A stretch of 59,076 nt of DNA, filler included, from Catajapyx aquilonaris (Eukaryota): the NCBI GenBank assembly GCA_000934665.2. It is 4 parts of 4 records of this genome, joined end to end, with 100 filler letters (N's around TTAATTAATTAA, not from the genome) between each part and the next. Parts side by side here need not be neighbours in the genome. Positions count along the whole stretch, not along the records: positions 14,782 to 29,446 come from JYFJ02007720.1; positions 29,547 to 44,341 come from JYFJ02007721.1; 2 more parts are not named here. One strand, 5' to 3'. Below are positions 24,868 through 37,519 of this stretch, in pieces. Position numbers and translations under genes: made by a program. The number at the start of each line of letters is the position of its first letter. Within the stretch, counting starts at the first letter, position 1. The notes under the pieces are model-generated. The model was not told the DNA's origin, searched no databases, and was given only the letters and a program-made list of their open reading frames with translations.

Positions 24868-24947
24868 CACTTAACTTTATGCATAAATATATGCTTCTAA
24901 TTCTTTATCAACATACACTGAATGCCAAATGACAGTCCTTCGTATAT

Positions 24948-25580
24948 TACGAGGGGAAGTCGGAAAGTAAGTTTCGTGATGCTATAGTTTCAACGCCATG
25001 CGACGTACCAGGAAAAAAACAAGCATGGGCAGATACATTCATCCTTTCTCTACTTTATAGGAAGAGTGGGTACCTTCTTGCACCTTATGCGCAGGTGCGG
25101 CAGCTGTCGGACAAGACTGAGTTGCGAGAACTTGCATGCCCATATGCCTCCAGGAGAAGCCATGCCAGACAGAGTGTTGGTCACATGGACTAAGACAAAA
25201 GTGAGGGCAGATTTTCGCTACCAGTAGTCGACATGTGACATACGACATTCATCGCCGGATAGTGGAGGTGTATGGTCCGGAGATGTCATGTATGAGCAAA
25301 TGATGCGGCAATGTGGTGCCCGCAATTCTGGAATAAAGTCGCGAGCGTGACAGACAACCAGAGACCTGGACTACCAGCCAGGGAAATTACTGACACTGTC
25401 CTCAAGTGTCCTAACTTCTGCCTTAGTCCATGTGACAAACACTTTCTCTCTACCATGACATCTCCTGGTGACATATGGGTGGGCACGCTCGGCATGCCAC
25501 TCGCTCTCGTCCAACGGCTGCTGCGCATGCACATAAGGTGCAAGAAGGCACCTACCCTTCCTATAAAGTAGAGGAAGGGG
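24948..25580 (+). mobile_element. Mariner remnant with ~165-bp inverted arms
   Basis: TACGAGGGG...GAAAGTAAG TIR start; degenerate HTH (DIHRRIVEVYG...WCPQF...SVTDNQRPGLP) at ~25244-25380; 25040-25205 is inverted at ~25405-25580. Confidence 0.65.
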
Positions 25581-25937
25581 TAATGCGTTTTGTAGCCGCT
25601 GCAGACCTGAAAAGCTGCAGTGATTGTTGTGATGCCAAGCAGACAAAGATGCATGAATAGAACACAACATATAAATCTACTATGTCTTCATTTAAGTGGA
25701 AAGGAGCCCCGCAAGGCATCACGGCAGCAATTCAGCGCTGCAACGGCCACAAAACGCATTACCACCATCAACCCCAGAACAGAGATTTATGGTAAAGCTG
25801 GAATGCGAGTGTCAGGGGGCTGACCCCGACTAAGGCATTGCCACAATTTGTGCAACTAGAATTAAGCGAGCCTTGACTTCATTACATATCAGTTTTAGTG
25901 AACAGTGTGTGACTCAAAACATTGGCCATGAACTATA

Positions 25938-26442
25938 CAGGGTGTTTCTGAGCTATCTTTACAAACTTCTAGGGGTAATATAGGGAACCGAGACAAACAT
26001 ATTTCACAGAGGAACCTGCGTCCGGAAACGCCATCTAGAGGGGGTCCATAGAAAAGGAACAGGTGCGCTCAGACATGTCAAGCGGGCGGCATTAGTGAGC
26101 GGACCGTTTAGTCGCTAGATGGTGCACGGATTGTACACAACTCAGCAATTCGCCATAACTAGGCAACAACAGAGAGAGGCCTACCCAGCATGCTGACTGA
26201 GTTGTTAGGTGGCTCTGTTGTTGCCAGGTTATTGCAAATTTGTGCACAATCCGCGCACCAACTAGTAACTAAACAATCCGCTCGCTAACGCCATCTGCCT
26301 GATGCGTCTGAACACACCCGTTCCTTGTCTATGAACCCCCTCTAGATGACGTTTCTGGACACGGGTTTTTATGTGAAATATGTTTGTCTTGTTCCCCTCT
26401 ACTTCCCCTAGAAGTTTGTAAAGATAGTTCGGACACACCATG
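25938..26442. mobile_element. Palindromic Tc1/mariner-type MITE
   Basis: TA-CAGGGTGT start; the left ~230 bp is the imperfect reverse complement of the right half. Confidence 0.75.
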
Positions 26443-26982
26443 CATTGTCAAATTCAATTTAACATTCTGATAAGTGCAATGCTGGACAGGTGTGGTGAAA
26501 TCCTGGTGGCAGGGCAGTGCGAGCCGCTGCAGCAAAAGAGCGAATCTAAGCGATGAATTAGTTGTGATACTCCTTGTAACATGACCTGCAACCCGCACTC
26601 TTTCAAACCTGGTTCAAGGGAAAGATGAAAAGAATTGCCTTTTTCCCCATTATTCTGAGCCAGCAACTTGGACCGACCAAGCCTATGACTATAAACTAAG
26701 TCTTATCATAATTGGCCACCTGGCGGTTTCGACTCGCCACAAGGCAAGATGGCGGAGAAATAGGTCCAACACCGATCGGGCTCCCGCCTTTTACGTGTGT
26801 TTTCGGAAGTCTTCCAATGGCCAGGGATTGTTAATTACGAGGTGTCTCTGGCCAAAGTGGGAGGGGGCTAGCAGGGGGCACTTGGGGCTTTAACGTGACA
26901 GGGTTTTCTTTCGCGAAATGCGGCTTCTGGCGGCGGCCATGAGGGTTTTTTATGGCGTCGATCTCGCATGCTCGTCACATTA

Positions 26983-27152
26983 AGGCCCATACACACAGGC
27001 GGTCGACACTTTTGGTCTTTGGTCGCGTTGACGCCGCGGACCAATCAACAAGCGCAACGCAAGTGTTGAGCTTGTTTACATGAGTCATGATTGGTCCGCG
27101 GCGTCAACGCGACCAAAGATCAAAACCGTCGACGGCCAGCGTGTATGCGCCT
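26983..27152. mobile_element. PIF/Harbinger-type MITE (170 bp)
   Basis: Nearly fully palindromic; TTA TSD at 26980-26982 and 27153-27155. Confidence 0.8.
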
Positions 27153-27908
27153 TTACGAACCTCGTTGATATGTCCCTTTTCCGCAGTGTTGATACCCGAA
27201 CTTTTCAGCAAAGGACGCCAGAGTATTGCCAGTGCAGGACCCCATGCTCGTGGAATGTTCCGAGCCGCGAAAGCAGGCGCAAAATAAAACAACCGTGGCG
27301 CGACGTTTGAAAGGAGGAGATCAATGCTGCATCAGTCCGCAATAGAAGTTGGCCTGTCAAATATTATATTTGTGTCAGACCAAGCCTATGACTATAAACT
27401 AAGTTTTATCACAATTTCAGGTATGTTCTTGGCGTAATGTAAAAAGGCAATCCCAAAAATCTATCCCTCGCTCGCTCCAGCATGGTTTGAACAAGTGCGC
27501 ACTACCACGTAAGTCACATGCACTGGCACAACCACTCGTACTTCACTGCGATTCGCTCTGTTTGCCACAGTGGCTCACGACGCCATCCAGTCTTCCACCA
27601 GACCAGTCCGGCACTGTGCCTAGGACTCGCTGTGGCCATTTCACGTGCCAAAAAATGCTGATCTTCCAAGCCTACATTTTCACTAACCACTCTAATTCCA
27701 GCGTCACGCTTTCATCACTCCTTAGTTAGCAAATAACCTGAATGACTGGTGAGTGCACAGTGAGGTGAAGCCCCCTGAGCCTCCAGCGCAAAAAGTGGGC
27801 AGGGAAACGCTCTGTTTCAGGCCTAAAATGAGGGGGAGGAAAGTGGGGGTGATGCGTACCTGTTGTGTGCGGAGGGGAAGGCTGCGAGTCCCCCCGTCTG
27901 GGTGGTGG

Positions 27909-27960
27909 GCTGGACCAGGGGCTGGACCAGGGGCAGGCCCGGGGGCAGGCCCGGGGGCAG
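27909..27960. repeat. 12-bp GC-rich tandem repeat (~4 copies)
   Basis: GCTGGACCAGGG x2 followed by GCAGGCCCGGGG x2. Confidence 0.75.
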
Positions 27961-28096
27961 CGAGGAAAAAAGAACGTCCGGTTGGCGTCCTTGGCTGGTT
28001 GTGACTTCCCCCGTCAGATGGCAGGATGGCGCATCAGCAAGGGTATCGCCAATCGGGTAAAATGGCAGACATGTTTGGTCCGATCTGGAAGAGTAA

Positions 28097-28246
28097 AGGC
28101 CATTTCACAAAAAAAAATGTCGCGCGGCAAACGGCGTGACTTGCGGCAAATTTTATTGTTGCCTACAATTGGCAACAATAAATATAAATAAAAATTTGCC
28201 GCAAGTCGCGCCGTTTGCCGCGCGACATTTTTTTGTGAAATGGCCT
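28097..28246. mobile_element. PIF/Harbinger-type MITE (150 bp)
   Basis: ~60-bp TIRs AGGCCATTTCACAAAA...; TAA TSD at 28094-28096 and 28247-28249. Confidence 0.82.
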
Positions 28247-29446
28247 TAACACTGTCTTCAGCGTGCTTCAGCGTCTTCAGTGATGAGTGATTGATTGAGT
28301 TTTGCCACGATTGACTGGGAGGGAACTCAATGAGCATGGAAATATTCGACCTAACTCGAAATACGACACTGAAGGAAAATTTTCGCCAAATATGGCGTCC
28401 TCCAGAGAGTAGACCAAACCCTTCTGAATGTAATTGCAAAGCTTCTCCACCCGTCCGCCAACCGGCGAGTGTCGCTGCCTCTGGAAAGGGAAAGGGAGAG
28501 AGTGCGGTGGAACAAGTTGGAACACGCAGGGAGGATGTTTCTCTCCGCCCTTCCCGCCCCTGGGCCGCCCCCACACCGGCACCCACCCTCAGACACACCA
28601 CCAGGGTCCGGAGCAGCCAGGGAGCGAGGCCCCGGACAGGTAAATAGCCGAATCTGAGCCCGGTCCCTCCCTGGCTGTCGCATTGGGCCTTATTGCAACA
28701 GGAAGGACCTGCCCCTCGCAGACCCAGGGGTCCATGCAAACACCTTGTGGTACTGGTGGGTTGGGTAGCCAGAGTTGCGAGCTGGGGGCTGTTCTTGCGG
28801 ACACGCATTGCCAGACGAGGCCAGGCACGCAACTGTGACTGCGTCTAGATGCGAACAGAGTTGAGGGTGGGGCGTGAACTAGGTTGAGTGGGTTTTAGGT
28901 TGGGTACAACCTGAGCGCTGCGACTGTGCATGTTGGGCTAAATTGAAGGTACTATGGCCGCCAAATGTATTGTTCGGAGGTGATGGGTATACATGGTGTA
29001 TCAAGCGCGCGTGAGGGGGTGGGGAAAAATTGTAGATGGCGATAACCCCCGGTCGGTTTTATAAAACTATTAGAAATACGGCAGTACTCAATTTATTTAT
29101 TACGGCCGTGCGGTGTGATGTCACGCCCTTTTCATTCGAATTGAGAAGCGCCGAAAGGCGAGTACAGTGTGTGCAGTGGCTCTCGAGGCTCTCTGTATGA
29201 CCGCACGCATACTACGTATACGTCATCCTCATCGAAAAATGGCGAAAAATGTTTCAAGGGGTGGACAGACTGCTGCTTGAGGCCAGTACCGGCTGGTACA
29301 TTGCGAGGCAGGCGAGATACGTCAGGTATGCACAGTAGTACAGTGAGTTGTACTATTGACCGCAAAAGTAATGTCGCGACTGTTTATGTGCTTTTGTGTT
29401 TATGTGTTGGTAATCCTGGGCGCTGCCGGGTTACGGACATGTTTAT

Positions 29447-29546
29447 NNNNNNNNNNNNNNNNNNNNNNNNNNNNNNNNNNNNNNNNNNNNTTAATTAATT
29501 AANNNNNNNNNNNNNNNNNNNNNNNNNNNNNNNNNNNNNNNNNNNN
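29447..29546. other. Assembly gap with TTAATTAATTAA linker
   Basis: 100-bp N run with linker. Confidence 0.97.
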
Positions 29547-32505
29547 TGGGGGGAAAAGGTCTAGCTGATACAAGCTTCTCAAATATCCGGATCAAATTAA
29601 GCGGATTTTGTTTGCGGAGAAGTTGATTCCAAGCCCTGGGTTTTAGGACCCCAAAAAAGTCTTATAGAACTACAGGGTGATACATCGCCAGAAAAAAAAC
29701 TCATCTGGGATTAATCCTCACCATTTCAGCTCCCAAGTTTTTGGGAGGCACCCTGTAGCGACTATTTGCTTTTCAGAGACGGGGAGCCTTCCGGACAAAC
29801 TCAAACAAGATATGTCCCCATATTTAGTCGATAAGAAATATGATGGGGGGGGGNGGGGGGGGAGGGGAGTTGGTAAATTAAAAGTCAAATATCATACAGA
29901 AGTTTGTCAAATTTTTCTAGAGAAATCAGTATGTATACGTTACTATAACACACAAAAAGATTGTCGCACCGTATCGGTGTGGTGTCCACGTTGTCGGATG
30001 ACGATATGTCGACATCCGTTCACCTGGGAACGCCTACAACAAGTCGTGGACAGTGCGACAATCTTTTTGCGTGTTATAGTACTAGGATCTGAGCTAATTA
30101 TTTTTAGCTACAAAAAAATGAACTCCAATTATATGTAGAATTGGCACGTATGTGACTATGTCCAGCGTGTTTGCTAATTATACTGACAGATTGGTACGGA
30201 GAAAATCGTTAATTGAAACGGACAGTTTGATTTGAACTCACTGGTGTTTGGTTTTTGGGAAACATCCCAATATATCGACACTTGGTATCACACCGTCTGG
30301 GATCCAGACACACAAAAAAAAGGTCGTCGTGCCTCAATCAGTCCCGTCTGATAGTAACAATGTCTGTCGTAGTTATAGACTCGCCAACTCCGAGTCACCT
30401 CCTGTACAATAAAATATGCAATCAGGTCTTACGAAAAAAAAAACTGGTTCAATATTTGGGACAAAAGCCACTTTGACATGTCCTGTCCGCCTACTTGGGA
30501 CTGGACACGTTGATTGTTTGTCGTTATCTGCACATGGTTGGTAGTTGTTCGCTCCAGCAACTGGGGAGGGATTTTGATTCGTATCAAAATGTACCTGTAT
30601 ATATATCACCCTGTACATACATGTCGAGCGACAGAGGAATGACATGTACACTCTCTCTTTGCAGTGCATTGCTCGCAGGTTGGTTTTGGAAGCACGATAT
30701 TGATTACCATTTTCGACCCCCCCCCCCGCCCCTTCCACCCACTTCAAGTCCCCAGTGGTATAGAACCTCTCTAAATAAATCAGGACTTCTATTTAGGCCT
30801 ATTTTAAGAGGAATAAAAAGTGAGTGTAGAGGCTGAATGTGCAGAACTTAAAAACGTCAATGTTTGGTCCGAATAATTATTAATCTGTTTGATTAATAAC
30901 CCAGCAGCAATGCAGGGAGGTATAATTATTTTAATATCTGGATTTTAATAATTCATTCATTCATTCATATTCGTCACGACCTTGGTCCCATTAAGGGATG
31001 GATTTTAATAAACTGGGGGGGGGGTATAATAATCGCACCAGCTAATTGCTAATATTGTTTGTAATTACTTATTCCATTGCGGGTATTAGTGAAGAATGTT
31101 TTTAATTGATAAAAATGGAGAGGGCACTTCTAAGGATTTCCCCAGAGGATTTCCGTTCGGGATTACCTTCGAAGAACCAAATCGCAATCAGCCCCCAGGA
31201 CGACCTTCCAATTAGCAAATCTGTCACCTAATCATTATCAAGTCAAATGCAGCCGGAATAAGCTCGACAACAATGAGATTTTAAACTAGAAAAACTAGAG
31301 AAAAAAAATCCCGGAGTGTCTATATGGTTCTGTAAGATCCCAATAGATGGCGCACCTGCCTTTTTGCACGCTCCTGCCACGAAATCGTGCGAGGGGCAGT
31401 GGTACTATCATCTTGGGGCAAATAACAGACGGAAAGACATGCAATTAGTAGTATGATGTATACAGTTTTTTTTGTTAAATTTCTAATACATTATGTAACA
31501 GATTGTGTTCTGTGTAAGTACCGAGTGGACAGTGCCGACAATCATTTACTGTCTCTGTTGACTTGTTCGTGTCGCATTGCCTTTTGTGACGGCTTTGATT
31601 GGTCAGAGCAAACAAGAGGGTCACCTCCTGAGAGAGCCACATGCCCCATCGCCCATAAAAACTATAGTCTCCACCTTTCTCTTTGGGAAGAGGGGGTCTC
31701 AGGGCTTCAATCTAGTCGTGGCAGCAGTGATTGAATCGGAGACAAGTTGATTGAAACCAAACCTTTTTACTTCTTCTCTCCAGCATCTTCACGCCTACTT
31801 GGGCTCCTCCAATCTTAACTTTTTTTCCCCCCTGTCTTTCTACCACATCCCATCACCTCCAATTCACTCTACTTACGAAAGGGTTACGAGCTTTTTCTCC
31901 GGCCATATTATTTTTGAGAGCTTGTCTTCCCTCGATATACTGTGAGGTCGTTAGGTCATATTGGAAATTCGTAAAAAAATACAGACGAATACGTCGAACT
32001 ACTGTAATGACGATAGCAAAAAAAAATTGGTCAAATCAAAACTCGTTACAGAAGTTCGTCGAAACTCCAGGTAGAAGTACTGATGGATCCCAATCTGGAA
32101 ATGGAGATTGGGTGTGGAAGAGAGAGAGAAAAAGAAGAAGCCTCCACACCCCTATATACCTCTCCATATACCCTCAACCGCCAATCTCTCTAGCTATTGA
32201 TCACCTTCCTGCCTTGTCCAATCCAATTACTTGCTTCGATACACAACTCTCCGGTTAGGGTCGTGCTCCAGGAGAGATGATGATGCACTTTACCTGCCGG
32301 GTTCGGATCAAAAAAAAAAACTAGCCAAAAAACGTAGTATAGGTAGATTTCTCCTATAATAATGCTTATTCTCTCCGTCTGATATTTGTTCGACTTGATA
32401 GTACCACTATCTCCCACATGACCTGAGTGGCAGGAGTGTGCAGATGCAATGTGCGCCATCTCTCCATTAAGAATAGAACTACATGGTAAATCAGCGGGCA
32501 GTCTC

Positions 32506-33061
32506 TAGGGCTGTGAGATATTTCGATATATCGACTGTCGATACGATATTTTCCTAATATCGAAGTTGCGATATCCGACGCTTGGCATGTTCGATGTATC
32601 GAATATTGCGATTTTTCGATGTCGGTTCGATGTCGGTTTTCGATCTTTTTCGATGTCGGTTTTCGATGTCAGTTTTTCGACTTTCGATATATCGACTTCG
32701 ATTCGATATTTTTCGATGTCGGTTCGATTCGGTTTTCGATCTTTTTCGATGTCGGTTTTTCGATTTTCGATATATCGACTTCGATTCGATATTTTTCGAT
32801 GTCGGGTCGATTTGGTTTTCAATTTTCGATATATCGACTTCGATTCGATATTTTTCGATGTCGGTTTTTCGATTTTCGATATATCGACTTCGATTCGATA
32901 TTTTTCGATGTCGGTTCGATTCGGTTTTCGATCTTTTTCGATGTCTGTTTTCGATGTCGGTTTTTCGATGTCGGTTTTTCGATTTTCGATATATCATCTT
33001 CGATTCGATATTTTTTAAGTATCGAAAGTAGATATGTAATTTCGGATATCGCACAGCCCTA
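32506..33061. mobile_element. hAT-type MITE filled with TCGA-rich tandem repeats
   Basis: TIR TAGGGCTGTG(A/C)GATAT; perfect 8-bp TSD GCAGTCTC (32498-32505, 33062-33069); interior built from TTTTCGAT and GTCGGT units. Confidence 0.88.
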
Positions 33062-34716
33062 GCAGTCTCATTAAAATTTATACATTTGGGCAACGGATTC
33101 AAGCCAATTATTTCTTCCATAATCTTGTCCCAATTATTACAACTTGTAACCTATATGTGACGCATGTTTATTCGACTCAAAGGCTGAACCACCTTTTGCG
33201 AAATGAGTTTGCTAACCACTTTTCTTTTGCACATGCACATCGTGGTAATAACTTATGGGAGCAGAAAATTGGGTCTAGGGAACTGGCGCTGCTAAAAAAA
33301 AGGTATTTGCCACTTACGCAAAGGTCGTTTCTTAACCAGACCGACCCCCACAACTTTGAGGATTCCGAGTCACCGGAGCATTATTGCAATGTTGAAACGT
33401 CGTTTGGGTGGAAACGGTTCGTTAGTGGGGATAATTAGAGGTTTTTTTTAAATAGGGAAAGGTGCGCTACATGTACTGTCAAAGTGCAAAATATTTCATA
33501 ATGCCCAGTACTTCTGCATATGAAACATAGTTTTTAATTATTTCGAGAAAGTTAAAAAAAATTATTGTCATATGTTCAAGCAGGAATTAATTTACTCAGT
33601 AGGCTACATTTTTATTATTATTTATGCCAAAAGTGCCTTAATGGACTCCCATACTGTGACATGCAGTACATACACATGCAGCTTTGTGAATCATAATAGT
33701 TCGAGCACATACACAAGCAGAGTAGCTTTCCATTTAGAGACCTGTTAATTAATAAATAATTGCTGCCCACATATCCAAAAGTTCAGAGCTGATTGTTTAC
33801 TGAAAACTTTGCACTATTTAAATAATTAATTTTTTTCTCTATAAAATGTGTTTGAATCAAGTTTGTCCAAATATCATACCTAGTGGTATGATTGGGACAA
33901 ACTCGCTTCAAACACATTTTACTCAGGTAACACCTTCATCATCCTAATCCCTGCAATCATCCCTAACAATTCATGGATGTCACGCACGAAATGACAACTT
34001 TTTTTTGCCCCTCATTCCCAGGATAAAATGAATTGTGCGAAGGTATAAAGAAAGAGGCTTGGGGGAGGTAGGGGGGTGTAGAGAGTGTGTCGCAGACAAT
34101 GGCTCAAAGTCTGGTAGGCGAAAGCCTGATGCTCGGTTTTCAATGGGGGGAAAACTGGAAGGGTTTATCAGCAGCCTCGCAGGCTCCTGGTCCTGCAATT
34201 GCATCTGGATCGGAAGTCAAAGGGTAAGGGGGAATGGAAGGGGGGGGGGTGGAAAATGGCAAAAGGGGTGGGGGAAATTGCAAAACCCCCAACTTCATCC
34301 GCCAAGCTAAATTATCAGGAGGGGTCTCCTTATGAGCGGCCAGCAGTAATTAATGAGTGCGGTCTATTATGTGCAATTTGTGAGAGATTGGCAAACACCT
34401 CTTCGGGGACCCCTGCTTTCTACACGCGTCTACTCATACACTCGAATTATTATTATTATTTTTTTTGGCAAAAGAGCGATAACGAAGCTGGGAATTATTG
34501 CAGTTAATCCCAGTGCAGCTCTCTCGGAGTTTCAAAACGTGGTCTGGGTTTACAATGATTACGAAAAAAAAAAGATCAGTGCTCGTCTCTGTTTTAATTG
34601 GGGGTCTGGCTCTTGTTCGCAAACTACTGCTCAACTGTTCTGGCGGTTTATTTTTTTTTCGAATAATCTAGTGATACTAATTTCTCTCCCATTATATGAA
34701 TCGACTGCAACAATTG

Positions 34717-34772
34717 GCACGATCTGGCAACATCTGGCACGATCTGGCAACTATCTGGCACGATCTGGCAAC
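34717..34772. repeat. Short tandem repeat (GGCACGATCTGGCAAC core, 3 copies)
   Basis: Direct inspection. Confidence 0.7.
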
Positions 34773-35715
34773 ACTGCAAAAAACATCTTGTAATTTGGGT
34801 TGCATCATGCAAGGATGAAAAGTACCAAAATGTGGAATATTGTACCTTTTATTTGGATGATTAATTAAAGGTCTGTTACACCATTGTATATACAGGGTGC
34901 TTCAAGTTCGTGAGGCCTTTTATAATAGCAAGAGCTAATAACAGTTATTAGCTCTTGATAATAGTTATATGCATATGAAATTTTGTTCAAAGTTGGACTT
35001 TTTTTGGGTAAATTGTTGTGCCCCTAATCATGTAGCTGCTAATCCAAATACACTAAAATGCTTCCGTCATGTCGTGCCAGATTTCGGAAGGAAGCTTGTG
35101 CCATCTACCGATTTCCTACCCAACTTTTTGTATACACACTGTCCACATCACGTGATCAATAAAGGGGCGTGACTTTGACGATATTTAATTAGCTACTTGA
35201 TATTTGCTGGTTCTCTCTTTTTTTTTTGAGCAAAATAAAGTTTTTTGAGTTTGCCACAAGGGACGAGTCAAAAACCCCCGAAAATTTTGGAGAACACCAG
35301 GGTTCTGTCAAGGGAATGAAAGGGGGGGGGGGTCGACGTCCTTTTGCCAATGGAGTAGAAAAATATATATATAAACTTGTGCAAAAAAGTAAAGGAAGTA
35401 GGAGGCTGCCTTTTCCTAACTTTACAAGTACAGGCCCCTCTTCTGCTTTTCTGTGGAGAACAGGAGCNGGGGATGGAAAAGTCTTGGGCGACTTTCCTAA
35501 TTACTTCCTGCCCAACGGCTTCTCTTGCCAACAGAGTCGCCTTCCATTCACTTTTGGCCGCCTTTTCAATTATTTAGAATCAGTCCCAATTTAAAAAAAG
35601 TAGGTGCACACTTTGGTACCTTTTTGGAGTGAGCAAATTTTCGCAAAAAGTAATTGAACTATTATTGTCATCTCTCTATAATATTAAAATCCTTGCGTTG
35701 TTTGTATAAGCATTC

Positions 35716-35840
35716 TGATTGGTCCGCCGCATATTGTTACCGCGACGTTTCCGATTGGTCCGCCTCATATTGTTACCACGACGTTTCCGATTGGCCCGCC
35801 TCATATTGTTACCGCGACGCTTCCCATTGGCTCCCTCACA
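35716..35840. repeat. 36-bp minisatellite, ~3.3 copies
   Basis: Unit ~CGATTGGTCCGCCTCATATTGTTACCGCGACGTTTC. Confidence 0.85.
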
Positions 35841-35950
35841 CAACAATGCCTTTTGTCGACACGGCTGACCGCTCATATTGTTGAGGTCATTTGTCAATGG
35901 AAACTTGAAAAGTATGATGTACTTTTGACTGGTGGGAACGGGAATTAACT

Positions 35951-36134
35951 GCAGTAGGGACAAGATAACCTAAGAGTTTTTGGGCGTGGCTTGTGTCATT
36001 GGCAACCATATTTAGCCACGCCCCCCTGCTGAGTTTTTTTTTTGTATGGAAGTTAGAACGATTTGTGAAGAAATATTTTCCATCTGCTGGGTTACCAACT
36101 GCTTTAGTGTAAACAAATTTATCTCATTCAGGAT

Positions 36135-36202
<68 letters not shown>

Positions 36203-36363
36203 GTTACCCCGTTCTATAGGGCAGAGCCCATGTTTTGGAACATAACGCCCATCTCCTTTGAAATCGAATCCTGATTGGTCGACAGGTAGGGGGCGGGGCT
36301 AAATATGGTTGCCAAGGACACAAGCCACCTCCCAAAACCCCTCAAGTTAACTTACCCCTACTG
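35951..36363. mobile_element. MITE with ~70-bp TIRs containing an (ATTT)n tract
   Basis: 35953-36025 is inverted at 36290-36361; CAGTAGGG...CCCTACTG ends. Confidence 0.6.
36133..36200. repeat. (ATTT)n microsatellite
   Basis: About 17 units. Confidence 0.97.
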
Positions 36364-37519
36364 TACATGTCCTCCACCACCGCAGGCCGCAGGACTAGAA
36401 AAAAAGCGAGCGAAGCGAGTGGCTTTCTATAGACCTACGCCATAGAAAACCCCTCGCTTCGCTCGCATTTTCCCAGTAATTTTGTTAAAAGTTTTTTTAG
36501 TCAAAGTATTTTTAAAAAAATATATCTAGTAAGCTCATATCTATAGATGTCATCGACTATTGGCAAAGGCTAGCGATCGATCTGAATTGCAATTTATGCT
36601 GTATTTTTATCTCCCTTTTTAGCCTTCACCCCCTCCCTCGCGACACGAATAACATTTTTGCTGCCAGATCGAGCGATAGTCCCTTGGAATATAGCCTCCA
36701 GCATCTCTCTATCCTGTCCGATAGCCTTTTTCCCCCAATTTTTTTTTTGAAGGTGTCTAACTCTTGTTTGTTCAGCTTGAAGACCACAACAATGGTCAGT
36801 ACTAGATTTAGCCCCTTCCTATTCTTCCTGCTCGCTGATTGGAAACTGATCTCTATTGATTCATAGCTATAGAATGGACCAGTTCAAAATGGATAAGAGG
36901 CACTCATAAATTCCATCCAAATTCATTATGCCCATGAGGACCTTACACTCTCTGTGCAAATCGATTCTTTGCACACCCCCAATCGAAGTAATTAGGATTA
37001 TCGCGGAATGCAAACGAGACTCTTTTTTTTTGCACACATAGATTACGTCACACTTTTAGTCGTGATTGCCTCTAAAACATTTCTGCACCACTACCATGTG
37101 TTCAAAGTGTAAGTTAAAATTTGGAGTCAGTTTTGTACTTCACCTAATTAACCTAATTGCATTAATTCGCAACAACTATTGAGTTGTGGATCACCCTGTA
37201 GTTTCCTCCCCCCCATCCGCTTTGTGTACAAAGGTTAGGTCACTCTTGTCAATACTTAAACGGGGATTTTGCATTTCAAAAGAGGGGGGGTCAATTGTTG
37301 GGTTATTTCAAACGAACTTGGGTTGGTTGACTTGTCCGTTGTTTTTTTTTTGAGGATAATTTTTCGGATGGAAGCGGTGAGTGTGATGGAATGAAAATCG
37401 GTTTGTTGCTCACTAGATTGTGAAAGTCCCCACTGGCTTTGATGTCCTCACTGTCACGGTGGAACAAAAGCGGACAAGTTATGTGGACAGTTTATACGCT
37501 TGGTCGTAATATTAGGGTA

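Noticed and set aside
28014..28832. 272-aa minus-strand ORF
   Set aside because: Runs through a palindromic MITE and GC-rich DNA with no recognisable domain.
32505..33120. Several overlapping 105-188-aa ORFs (RHRK and FDVG repeats)
   Set aside because: By-products of the TCGA repeat inside a TSD-bounded hAT MITE.
35716..35840. 36-bp repeats as a CRISPR array
   Set aside because: Head-to-tail tandem copies with no spacers.
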